Numbered from the stretch's first letter, positions 48,299 to 56,623 are shown. The stretch: 64,000 nt of DNA from Thermomicrobiales bacterium (GCA_020853615.1 JADYYO010000342.1:3172-67171); one strand, 5' to 3'. Made by a program: numbers and translations. Notes: a model not told the origin generated them from the sequence alone.

Positions 48299-49888
48299 AT
48301 GGACGCGTTGCCCGACGGGCCGATCGACGTCGAGATCTTCTCGTGCGCCGGCGGCATGGCCGAGGGGTTCCGGCGCGCCGGGATCACGTTCCACATGGCC
48401 GTCGACATGGCCAAGGACCACTGCGACAGCTACGAGCGCAACCTCGGCCATCGGCCGGTGCAGATGGACGCCCGCGACCTGCTGCGGATGGCGCGCCTGG
48501 GCTGGCGCGTGCCCGTGCGGCTGCTCGTCGCCGATCCGCCCTGCACGCCGTGGTCGCGCGCCGGCAAGCGCCAGGGCGTCAGCGACGACCGCGACATGCT
48601 CCGGCAGACCGCCGAGATCATCGGGCTGCTCCGGCCCCGGGCCTACCTGATCGGCAACGTGCCGGGGCTCGAGGACGCCAACAACCTGGCGGTCGTGCAG
48701 GACGTGATCGGCGGGCTCGCGCGGTGGGGATACTGCGTCAGCGACTTCGCCGCGCTCGACGCGGCCGACTACGGCGTGCCCCAGCACCGCGTGCGGCCGT
48801 TCTGGTTCGGGCACCGCCACGGCCCGTGCCTGCGGTGGCCGTTGCCGACGCACGGCGACCCGTGCGACATCAAGGACACGCTGCCCGGCCTGCCGATGCC
48901 CGCGCCGTGGGTGACGTGCGGGCAGGCGCTCGGTCACCTGTCGCCGCGCGAGCTGGGGCGCATGGTCTGGCTGCGGAAGCGGCCGGCGGCGCCGGCGTCG
49001 GCGCTCCGCGCGAGCGTACCCGAGCGCCCGGCCCGGACCGTCTGCGCCTCGAGCTTGGGCGACGGGAACGTGATCAACTACAGCCGCAAGCACGCGCCGT
49101 CCGCCGGCAACCAGCCCGCCAAGACCGTGCGGACCGGCGGCCGAGGCGGCCACCAGGCCGTCGTCCTCGAGAACACCAACGACTCGGACCCGGGCCAGCC
49201 GGCCAAGACGATCGTCGCGGCCCGGCGAGGCACGCAGGCGATGACGCTGCACGACACGCCCAACCACCCGCCCGCGATGGCGTTTGGCGGCCGCGATGGC
49301 GGCGTCGACCGCACGCACCAGCAAAACAAGCCCGCGCGCGCGATCACGACGCAGACCGGCGACCATGGTGTGCTGGTGCTCGCGATCGAGGGCGCCCGGC
49401 GGCGGGTGCCGCAGTCGGAGCGCGTCGTCGCGACCGATGGCCCGGCGACGACGCTCCAGGCGCGGGAGGATCGGCAGGGCACCGGCATGGTGATGGAGTG
49501 GCCGTGGGCGCGGCCGTCGACGGCGATCATGGCCGATCCCCGGCTGGGCCAGCCGGGCCACAAGGACAAGGCCTGGAAGGGCAAGGGCGGCCAGCGCGCG
49601 CGCGCGAAGCAGCGCGGCGTGCTCTTAAGCGAGCGCGCCGGCGCGATCCTGCAGGGGTTCCCCGAGACCTGGGTGTTCTCGGGCGTCACGAAGAAGACGC
49701 GGTGGAGCCAGATCGGCCAAGCGATGCCGCCGCCCCTCGCGCACGCGGTCGCGCAGAGCATCGTCGCGCAGCTTGCCGCCACCGTCGACGACGGGCCGCC
49801 CGAGAACTACGTGGGCTGGGTGCCCCCGGTCGCGCGCACCGAGTCCGAGGCGCGCGAGCAGCTCGTGCTGGTCGGGGGATCGCCATGA
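48299..49888 (+). CDS. dcm: DNA (cytosine-5) methyltransferase-like, long repeat-containing target-recognition region
   Basis: Motif I IFSCAGGMAEGF, IV DPPCTPWSRAG, VI IGNVPGL (ENV Glu replaced by Gly), VIII QHRVRPFWFG, IX/X LQGFPETWVF...GQAMPPPLA. Confidence 0.8.
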   Translation: MDALPDGPIDVEIFSCAGGMAEGFRRAGITFHMAVDMAKDHCDSYERNLGHRPVQMDARDLLRMARLGWRVPVRLLVADPPCTPWSRAGKRQGVSDDRDMLRQTAEIIGLLRPRAYLIGNVPGLEDANNLAVVQDVIGGLARWGYCVSDFAALDAADYGVPQHRVRPFWFGHRHGPCLRWPLPTHGDPCDIKDTLPGLPMPAPWVTCGQALGHLSPRELGRMVWLRKRPAAPASALRASVPERPARTVCASSLGDGNVINYSRKHAPSAGNQPAKTVRTGGRGGHQAVVLENTNDSDPGQPAKTIVAARRGTQAMTLHDTPNHPPAMAFGGRDGGVDRTHQQNKPARAITTQTGDHGVLVLAIEGARRRVPQSERVVATDGPATTLQAREDRQGTGMVMEWPWARPSTAIMADPRLGQPGHKDKAWKGKGGQRARAKQRGVLLSERAGAILQGFPETWVFSGVTKKTRWSQIGQAMPPPLAHAVAQSIVAQLAATVDDGPPENYVGWVPPVARTESEAREQLVLVGGSP

Positions 49889-50790
49889 CCGACCTGCACA
49901 CGTGGGATCCGGCGAAGCTCGCGGCGGTGCCGCTGCTCAAGTGGGTCGGCGGCAAGAGCGCGCTCCTGCCCGAGCTCCGCAAGCGCCTCCCGACGCGGTT
50001 CGGGACGTACTACGAGCCGTTCGCCGGCGGCGCCGCCCTGTTCTTCGCGCTGGCGGCCGCGGTCGTGCGCCGGGATGCTTATCCGTGGAGCCACATCTCG
50101 GATCTGAACCCGCACCTGATCGGCGCGTACCGCCTCGTGCGCGACCATCCGTCGGAGGTGTTGGCCGCACTGGTCGACTACGAACGGCGCCACGCCACCG
50201 TGCGTCCATCGAAGCGATACCCGGCGCCCGCGCTCTACTACCAGGTCCGCGAGATCTGGAATGCCGGGGCGTTCACGACCGATCACCAGCACGCGGCCGC
50301 GTTCCTGTACCTCAACCGGACGTGCTTCAACGGCATCTGGCGGGTCAACAAGGAGGGCAAGTTCAACGTGCCGGCCGGGCGCTACAAGCGGCCGCGGATC
50401 GCGGACGAACGGCGGCTCCGGGTGTGCGCCGCCGCGCTTGCGGGCGCGCGCGTGGCGGTCGAGCGGTGGCAGGACGCGATCGAGGGCATCACCAAGAACG
50501 ATCTGGTCTACTTCGATCCGCCGTACGTGCCGCTGTCCGAGACCGCGAACTTCACGGCGTACACGCAGCAGGGCTTCGGGAAAGACGACCACGCGGAGCT
50601 GGCGGAGGCTGCGCACGCGCTCGTCCGCAAGGGCGTCCACGTGATCATCAGCAACAGCGACACGCCGGCGGTCCGCAAGCTCTACAAGGGCATGCGGATC
50701 AGCCGGGTGAAGATGGCGCGCTCGCTCTCGTGCAAGGGTGACCGGCGCCAGCCCGTGGGGGAGCTGCTGATCGTCGGAGGCCGACGGTGA
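49885..50790 (+). CDS. dam: Dam-family DNA N6-adenine methyltransferase
   Basis: ATGA overlap; LLKWVGGKSALLPEL, YYEPFAGGAALFF, CFNGIWRVN, VYFDPPYVPLS. Confidence 0.85.
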   Translation: MTDLHTWDPAKLAAVPLLKWVGGKSALLPELRKRLPTRFGTYYEPFAGGAALFFALAAAVVRRDAYPWSHISDLNPHLIGAYRLVRDHPSEVLAALVDYERRHATVRPSKRYPAPALYYQVREIWNAGAFTTDHQHAAAFLYLNRTCFNGIWRVNKEGKFNVPAGRYKRPRIADERRLRVCAAALAGARVAVERWQDAIEGITKNDLVYFDPPYVPLSETANFTAYTQQGFGKDDHAELAEAAHALVRKGVHVIISNSDTPAVRKLYKGMRISRVKMARSLSCKGDRRQPVGELLIVGGRR

Positions 50791-51419
50791 TCCTGCGAGC
50801 GGCCGCACGCGACGAGGTGCTCTCACTGTTCGAGCGGCACCATGCCTACGCGGGCATTTCACGCTCGACGACGTACCTGTTTGCTGTGGAGGAACCGTGC
50901 GGCATCGTCGCAGCGTTCGCGTGGCAGCCCCCCCCGCCCGGCGCCGCCAAGAGCGTCTGCGCCGAGGCACCTCATGGCGTGCTGGCCCTGTCCCGCATGG
51001 TCGCGGTGCCAAGGACGGATCGGGCGCTGCGGCACATCTCGAAGCCGCTTCGCCAGCAGATGCGCCGCATGATCGATCGGACGCGATGGCCTGTGCTCGT
51101 GACCTACTCCGACGAGGGACTGGGGCACACGGGCCACGTCTACAAGTGCTCTGGCTGGCAGCCGACGATCCGGAGCCAGCGACCGCAGTTCGTGGATGCT
51201 GATGGCGTTCGCCGGTCAGCTTACGCGAACGGCCGTAGCGGCCACGCTCATCTCCGGTCGATCGGCACGGCCACGATTCAGCGCTGGGAGCACTGGTCGT
51301 GCGAACGCGGTGACGCCGCCCGCTGGATGGAAGCGCATGGGTGGCAGCGCGTGGCCGTGCCCGGCAAGCAATGGCGCTCGGGCAGTCCCGCGTTCACGTG
51401 GGTGCGGAGCCTCGCATGA
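50787..51419 (+). CDS. Mom-like / GNAT-fold DNA-modification protein candidate
   Basis: GTGA overlap; ERHHAYAG, VLALSRMVAVP, VLVTYSDEGLGHTGHVYKCSGWQPT resembles the Mom-family YaD..GH.G.iY.a.gW core. Confidence 0.45.
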   Translation: MILRAAARDEVLSLFERHHAYAGISRSTTYLFAVEEPCGIVAAFAWQPPPPGAAKSVCAEAPHGVLALSRMVAVPRTDRALRHISKPLRQQMRRMIDRTRWPVLVTYSDEGLGHTGHVYKCSGWQPTIRSQRPQFVDADGVRRSAYANGRSGHAHLRSIGTATIQRWEHWSCERGDAARWMEAHGWQRVAVPGKQWRSGSPAFTWVRSLA

Positions 51420-52099
51420 GCGACGCGGTCGACGAACTGGCGATCGCGCGCAAGGCCCGGGCGGCTGCCGACGAGTTGGCGGACCTGCGCGCGCAGAACG
51501 CGCGGCTGGTCGAGCTGCTCGACGTGCTGCGGGCCCAGTCGGCCGGCATCGCCGAGACGCCGCGCCCCCACGCCGAGCAGAAGTGCTACCGCTGCGCCGC
51601 GGTCTACGTCGACAACAAGCGGCGCGTCGTCGAGTGCCAGCGGTGCGGCGCGGAGCTCGACCCGATCGAGGTGCTGCACGAGTTCGCGGTGCGCGAGCGG
51701 CGGTTCCTGGCCAGCAACGATCTGGCCAAGCGCGAGCTCGCCCGGCTGCACGCCGAGATCGAGGCGCTCAAGGGCGACCTGCAGACGGCCCGCCGGCCGC
51801 CCACGCGCGTCGAGTGCCCGCGGGGCTGCGGGAAGTTCGTCGCGGCCAGCGACGTCCACCCGCGGGGCGTGGCGCCGCACGCCTGCTACGCGGCCCGCGC
51901 CAAGCGCCACCTGGTGCCGCGCGTCATCCAGGAGCGCTGGCGCGTCGTCACCGACGCCGGCGGGGGACGGTGGACCGACATGGTGACCGCCACGCGCGCC
52001 GCCGCCGTCACCGCCGGCGCGCGCGTCGAAGAATACCTCGGCCCGATCGGCGACGCGGCCGAGCGCGCGACCGAGCGGCGCGCGCTCGAGCGGCGATGA
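51416..52099 (+). CDS. zinc-ribbon + coiled-coil protein (227 aa)
   Basis: ATGA overlap; MSDAVDELAIARKARAAADEL...CYRCAAVYVDNKRRVVECQRCGAEL. Confidence 0.7.
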   Translation: MSDAVDELAIARKARAAADELADLRAQNARLVELLDVLRAQSAGIAETPRPHAEQKCYRCAAVYVDNKRRVVECQRCGAELDPIEVLHEFAVRERRFLASNDLAKRELARLHAEIEALKGDLQTARRPPTRVECPRGCGKFVAASDVHPRGVAPHACYAARAKRHLVPRVIQERWRVVTDAGGGRWTDMVTATRAAAVTAGARVEEYLGPIGDAAERATERRALERR

Positions 52100-52621
52100 T
52101 CAGGCGGGGTCGGGGGCGTCGGGGCCGCCGACCGCGCCGGGGATGTCCTCGGCCAGCGCGACGTTCGGCTGCGGGTGGCGCGCGCAGAAGTGGTAGGTCT
52201 CGAAGGTCGGGGTCTCGGGCTCGTCGGTCTTCATCAGCAGCACCGAGACCGCGTCCATGACCGCGCCGTCCTCGACGTTGCCCTTCTTGAGCACGTCTCG
52301 GACCACCTGCAGGTCGGCGCGCAGCTTGTCGCACTCGTCATCGGCGTGGCCGATCTTGGTCATCAACTCGTCGACCAACGCGATCGCCCGCTGGCGCTCC
52401 TGCCCGTTGGCCTTGAGCATCTCGGACAGCGAGGCCCAGAGCGGCGCGATCGCCTTGCGGAGCCGGCCGCCGGCGGTGACGCCGTGGACCTCGGGCAGCT
52501 TTGCCGCCCACCACCCCTCCGGCAACTCGGCCCCGCAGAGGGCCGGCGCCTCGACCTGCTGATCGCAGGCCTGCTTGGTGGCGGGGTCGATGCCGTCGCA
52601 GAACAGGAAAGCCTTGTGCAT
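52100..52621 (-). CDS. hypothetical protein (173 aa)
   Basis: Full ORF MHKAFLFCDGIDPATKQACDQQVEAPALCG...; convergent with the upstream gene. Confidence 0.75.
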   Translation of the reverse strand: MHKAFLFCDGIDPATKQACDQQVEAPALCGAELPEGWWAAKLPEVHGVTAGGRLRKAIAPLWASLSEMLKANGQERQRAIALVDELMTKIGHADDECDKLRADLQVVRDVLKKGNVEDGAVMDAVSVLLMKTDEPETPTFETYHFCARHPQPNVALAEDIPGAVGGPDAPDPA

Positions 52622-52726
52622 GCGGGTACGATAAGCCCGCTCGGTTGACGGTCAATGGCGAGGCTGCATATACTTCCGAACACCTACGGGCGCGACCTCC
52701 CTCAGCGCACAAGTCGGAGCCCCAGC
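52622..52726. promoter_or_regulatory. back-to-back divergent promoters sharing a palindromic -35
   Basis: Plus strand TTGACG (52645-52650)-N18-TATACT (52669-52674), then GGAG + 7 nt + ATG 52727. Minus strand TTGACC-N16-TATCGT (52633-52628) + 6 nt + ATG 52621. Core TTGACgGTCAA. Confidence 0.6.
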
Positions 52727-53434
52727 ATGCCCAAGCCCGCCGCGTCGAAGTCGCCCGCCAAGCCCACCAAGACGCGCCCCGGCGCCGTGCGGCGCCGGCG
52801 GGCCCGCGCGACGGCCCGGGCGGTCATCCAGCGCAGCAACCCGGCCGGCGGCGGCTGGGGCGAGCTGGGCGCGATCGCCAAGCAGGTGGGCGCCGGCGCC
52901 GCCGGCTACGCGGGGACGCGGGTGGTCCAGCGGATCGCGTGGACGCTCACCCACAAGCGCCGGCCGACGTGGAGCAAGCACGTCCAGGCGCTGGCGGGCG
53001 TCGCGACGTTCGGCGCCGTGCTCTACGGGGCCTCCAAGATCCGGGCGCTCGACGGCTACCACGAGGCGGTCCTGGTCGGCTCGGGCGTCGCGGCGGCGCA
53101 GGGCGTCGTGCAGGCCTACGTGCCGAAGTACGCGTGGCTGCTCCAGGACCCGCGCGGCGACGCGGGGCGTGCGTTGCCGGCGGCGGCGCCCGAGGCGCCG
53201 GCCGCGCAGGGCGACGACGATCTCCTCGAGCAGCAGATCCAGCAGATGGAGCGGCTGCCGCAGCGGCCGCCGCAGCAGCGGCGCGCGCCGGTCGCGCAGG
53301 CGCTGCAGACGGCCGCCGCCGCAAGCGGCGACGGGATCGACCTCGACGAGAAGCTGCTCGAGGAGCTCGGCGACGAGGACGTCGACGACCTCTACGCCGG
53401 CACGTTCGAGAACCCCACCCTGTTCGCGAACTGA
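52727..53434 (+). CDS. paralog of the 10528-11862 protein (basic N-term / hydrophobic core / acidic C-term)
   Basis: MPKPAASKSPAKPTKTRPGAVRRRRARATARAVIQRSNPAGG...; WSKHVQALAGVATFGAVLYGASKIRALDGYHEAVLVGSGV aligns with QWQGTAMAIGLGVIGHFATKKVAKLAKYRTSVMIGLGL; ends LEELGDEDVDDLYAGTFENPTLFAN. Confidence 0.75.
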   Translation: MPKPAASKSPAKPTKTRPGAVRRRRARATARAVIQRSNPAGGGWGELGAIAKQVGAGAAGYAGTRVVQRIAWTLTHKRRPTWSKHVQALAGVATFGAVLYGASKIRALDGYHEAVLVGSGVAAAQGVVQAYVPKYAWLLQDPRGDAGRALPAAAPEAPAAQGDDDLLEQQIQQMERLPQRPPQQRRAPVAQALQTAAAASGDGIDLDEKLLEELGDEDVDDLYAGTFENPTLFAN

Positions 53435-53441
53435 GGCCCCG

Positions 53442-53735
53442 ATGCCCTACCTCGCCGCGAGCAGCCTGGGCGCCGACGAGACGACGGGATCGACCGTCGG
53501 GCTTGAGGTGCTCAACCGGGTCGACCTGCGCACCCAGCAGATCCTGGCCGGCCAGCGGCGCGCCGAGGCGCGCTGGAAGTGGCAGACGATCGCCGCGGTC
53601 GCCGGCGCCGTGTTCGCGGCGGTCCGCCTGGGCATCATCGCCGTGCCGCACGTGCGGGCGCGCCGCCAGCAGCGCCTGGGGCAGCTGGGCGAGGCCACGC
53701 CGAACCCGGCGCGCCGGCGCCGCCGGCGACGGTGA
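53442..53735 (+). CDS. small membrane protein with NPARRRRRRR terminus
   Basis: MPYLAASSLGADETTG...WQTIAAVAGAVFAAVRLGIIAV...GEATPNPARRRRRRR. Confidence 0.7.
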   Translation: MPYLAASSLGADETTGSTVGLEVLNRVDLRTQQILAGQRRAEARWKWQTIAAVAGAVFAAVRLGIIAVPHVRARRQQRLGQLGEATPNPARRRRRRR

Positions 53736-53935
53736 GCGCCACGCGGCCCCGGGCCGCCGTCGCCGCGCTCCTGGCGGTGGCCGGCCACCAGCCCAACCAC
53801 GGCTCCGTCCAGTGCGAGCGGTGCCGGCGGTGGACGCCGGCGCTCTCCGCCGAGGGGAGCTACCACTGCGCGTGCGGCGACGCCTGCTACGTCGAGCCCG
53901 CCCGCGCCGCCGATCAGTCGCGGAACTCGATGTAG
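53732..53935 (+). CDS. small zinc-ribbon-like protein (67 aa)
   Basis: GTGA overlap; ...VQCERCRRWTPALSAEGSYHCACGDAC. Confidence 0.5.
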   Translation: MSATRPRAAVAALLAVAGHQPNHGSVQCERCRRWTPALSAEGSYHCACGDACYVEPARAADQSRNSM

Positions 53936-54273
53936 AACTCGATCTCCGGGGTTGCGGCCGCGCCGTCTTCGTTGGTGACCTCGATCTGGAACGCGAGGCC
54001 GGTGCCGCTCTTGACGATGCGCAGCGGCACGGCGGTCGCCGGCGCGTCGCCGACGAAGTTCCATGTGACGCGGACCGACTCGGTCAGCGGGATCGTGTCG
54101 CCCTGGTAGGCGTACGGCTTGGGGTTGAACCCGTCGGGCAGCGCCTCGGCGCCGACGACGGTGGAGCCGAACAAACCGAACAGGCCGCTCGCAGCGGCGG
54201 CGAGCGAGAGGCCGGTGACGCGCACGCAGCGGTCGCTGATCTGGGTCTTGACGGCGGTTCCGGTGAAAGCCAT
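53914..54273 (-). CDS. small beta-sandwich-like protein (119 aa)
   Basis: GGAGA RBS + 7 nt; MAFTGTAVKTQISDRCVRVTGLSL...LAFQIEVTNEDGAAATPEIEFYIEFRD. Confidence 0.7.
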   Translation of the reverse strand: MAFTGTAVKTQISDRCVRVTGLSLAAAASGLFGLFGSTVVGAEALPDGFNPKPYAYQGDTIPLTESVRVTWNFVGDAPATAVPLRIVKSGTGLAFQIEVTNEDGAAATPEIEFYIEFRD

Positions 54274-54366
54274 GACGAAATCTCCTGCAGGGGCTGGCGG
54301 GGAGCTACCCGGCGAGGATAGGCGAAATCGGGATCGGCCGCCAGCGCGTGATACCGTGACCGGCGG

Positions 54367-55206
54367 ATGACCCTCATGATCCGCTACTTCTGCCTCGTGG
54401 CGCGAGGCGCCGCCGGCGACGCCGCCCACGCCTACCTGGTCGCCCTCGCGCAGACCGGCCGGCCGCTCCGGGCGCAGCCGATCGGCCTGGCCCAGTTCGA
54501 CTGCGAGCCCCGCTGGTGGCAGGTGACCCGGCTGTTCACGCGCCCGATGGGGACGCGCTTCGTCAACGTCGTCTGCGCCCGGCCCGGGCTGGCGCTGGGC
54601 GTGCGCCTGCCGGCGCGCGCGCTCCGCCCGCAGGGCGCGGACGACCCGCTGCGCGAGCTCGAGCGCGCGATCGGTCCGCTGCCCGACGCGCCCGACGACG
54701 TCTACCAGCCCGAGCTGGCGCTGGCCGGGCTCTACACCGTGGGCTGCCGGAACGTCGCGATCACGAGCGCGACGCCGCCGCCCAGCGACGTCGAGCTCGC
54801 CGCGCTCCACCGCTACGACCTGGTGATCGCCACCAGCCCGGACGACCGGGATCGGCTCCGGGATCTGCTGGGTCATCGTCACCCCCGCGTGGTACACGTG
54901 CCACCCGACGCCTCCCTCCTGGGCGCCTTCCTCGACGAACTATGCGGATCATCTACTTCGGCCACTACTCCGCCCTCACCGGCTACGGGCGCGCCTGCCG
55001 CGACTACTGCGCCGCCCTCCACCGCGCCGGCCACGATCTCCGGATCGTCGACTGGCAGTCGATCCCCGGCAACCAGGAGCGCGCCCTCAGCGCTCCGGAG
55101 CCGCGGTTCCGGGCGCTGGATGATCTCCTGGTGCCGTGGCCTCTGGCGCTGGGCGACGACGACGTGGCGATCGTTCACGGCACGCCGAAGCTCCTCGCGG
55201 CGGTGA
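54367..55206 (+). CDS. truncated paralog of the GT1 N-terminal half; ORF tail (after ~54945) is out-of-frame read-through of the GT1 gene
   Basis: MIRYFCLVARGAAGDAAHAYLVALAQTGRPLR parallels MRIIYFGHYSALTGYGRACRDYCAALHRAGHDLR; no stop codon until 55206. Confidence 0.5.
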   Translation: MTLMIRYFCLVARGAAGDAAHAYLVALAQTGRPLRAQPIGLAQFDCEPRWWQVTRLFTRPMGTRFVNVVCARPGLALGVRLPARALRPQGADDPLRELERAIGPLPDAPDDVYQPELALAGLYTVGCRNVAITSATPPPSDVELAALHRYDLVIATSPDDRDRLRDLLGHRHPRVVHVPPDASLLGAFLDELCGSSTSATTPPSPATGAPAATTAPPSTAPATISGSSTGSRSPATRSAPSALRSRGSGRWMISWCRGLWRWATTTWRSFTARRSSSRR

Positions 55207-56171
55207 TGGTGCAGGGCGCGCTGCCGCGCGGTGGCCGCCGCGTCGCGATGACGACGTGGGAGACCGACACGTTCCCCGGCGAGTTCATCGCTCCGCTCGG
55301 CTGCTACGACCGGATCCTCGTGCCGTCGGTGTTCTGCCGCAACGCGATCCTGGCCGCGCGTGATCGTCGCGAGGAGCCGTGGGTCGACGACGTCGTGGCG
55401 GTCGTGCCCCACACCTTCGATCCTGACTGGTGGACGCCGGCGCCGGTGTCGACGTTCCCGCCGGTCAACTTCTACAGCGTCGGCACGTGGAGCGAGCGCA
55501 AGAACCACGAGGCCGTGATCAAGGCGTACCTGCACGCGTTCACGCCTGACGATCCGGTCCACCTGACGATCATCAGCTCGGCGAGCGAGGGCCAGCGCGT
55601 CACGCACGCGTTCCAGTCGGTGCTGGGGCGCAGCGGCCTCGCGCCGGCTCAGATCCCGTCGATCGAGCTCGTCCACGCTCCGCTGGGTGACGCCGAGATG
55701 CGGGAGCTGCTGCAGCGCCAGCACGTCTACGTCAACGCCTCGCGTGGTGAGGGCTGGGGCCTGTCGGTGTTCGAGGCCGCGCTCCTGGGCCACGAGATCC
55801 TGACGCCTAACGAGGCGAGCGGCGAGGCGCAGTTCCTCGCGCGCTACGACAACCAGATGGAGATCGACAGCTGGATGACGCCGTGCTTCGCCGGCCCGGG
55901 CCTGCCGATCGTCCAGAACAACCAGGTCATGGGCGAGAAGACGCTGACCGTGCCCGGCATGAGCGCCCGCGGGATCTGGATCGACATCAACGTTCACGAT
56001 CTGGCCCACACGATGCGCGAGTCGCTCGTCTGTCGACTGTCGAAGTGCGGGCGCCACGCGAACACCCCGCGCGATGTCGCGCTTGCGGCCGAGACCCACG
56101 CGCGCCTGGTCGATCACTTCGGCTACGCGGCCGTGGCGGCGACGTTGACCGAGGCGCTGCAGCCGCTGTAG
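54942..56171 (+). CDS. family-1 (GT-B, GT4-like) glycosyltransferase
   Basis: MRIIYFGHYSALTGYG...; nucleotide-sugar half HVYVNASRGEGWGLSVFEAALLGHEILTP (E-x7-E region). Confidence 0.8.
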   Translation: MRIIYFGHYSALTGYGRACRDYCAALHRAGHDLRIVDWQSIPGNQERALSAPEPRFRALDDLLVPWPLALGDDDVAIVHGTPKLLAAVMVQGALPRGGRRVAMTTWETDTFPGEFIAPLGCYDRILVPSVFCRNAILAARDRREEPWVDDVVAVVPHTFDPDWWTPAPVSTFPPVNFYSVGTWSERKNHEAVIKAYLHAFTPDDPVHLTIISSASEGQRVTHAFQSVLGRSGLAPAQIPSIELVHAPLGDAEMRELLQRQHVYVNASRGEGWGLSVFEAALLGHEILTPNEASGEAQFLARYDNQMEIDSWMTPCFAGPGLPIVQNNQVMGEKTLTVPGMSARGIWIDINVHDLAHTMRESLVCRLSKCGRHANTPRDVALAAETHARLVDHFGYAAVAATLTEALQPL

Positions 56172-56211
56172 AAGCGGGACGTTCTCCACCCCAGCACGAG
56201 GTACATCGACC

Positions 56212-56544
56212 ATGTCCACGTTCACCGCCGCCGAATCGCTCGCCATGATGTTCCACCACGCCGTCAAGGCCGAGCCGACCCGGCCGCTCCAGATCTGCCT
56301 GCCCTACACGGGCCCCATCGGGCCCGGCATCGTCCGCGTCGCCGGCGAGGCGGTCGGCGCGGAGGGCATCTACACGATCGAGACCCAGGCCCAGATGGGC
56401 CAGGGGCCGAAGGCACGGATCCTCACGCTGCCGATCACCTTCGCCGCCGAGGATCTCGTCTGGTTCTCGACGGGCGCGGTCGAGCAGGAGCAGCCGCTGG
56501 TGGTGCCGCTCAACGGCGGCGGCCTGATCGTCCCCCGCAGCTAG
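56212..56544 (+). CDS. hypothetical protein (110 aa)
   Basis: Full ORF MSTFTAAESLAMMFHHAVKAEPTRPLQICLPYTGPIG... Confidence 0.7.
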   Translation: MSTFTAAESLAMMFHHAVKAEPTRPLQICLPYTGPIGPGIVRVAGEAVGAEGIYTIETQAQMGQGPKARILTLPITFAAEDLVWFSTGAVEQEQPLVVPLNGGGLIVPRS

Positions 56545-56576
56545 GACGCAGCCGGGGGGCGGGATCTGCCCGCGCG

Positions 56577-56623
56577 CGACAAACAGTTGACATGCGGCGG
56601 ACGTTTGTCGTAGAGGTGGGGGC
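56577..56623 (+). promoter_or_regulatory. sigma70-type promoter with flanking operator-like inverted repeat, leaderless GTG
   Basis: CGACAAAC (56577-56584) ag TTGACA (56587-56592) ... GTTTGTCG (56603-56610) TAGAGG (56611-56616) + 7 nt + GTG 56624; 18-nt spacer. Confidence 0.55.

Noticed and set aside
52655-52726. ATG 52655 as the start of the 52727-53434 gene (tracked ORF start MARLHILPNTYGRD)
   Set aside because: That ATG lies inside the spacer of the TTGACG-N18-TATACT promoter, upstream of the predicted TSS. ATG 52727 has a GGAG RBS 7 nt upstream.
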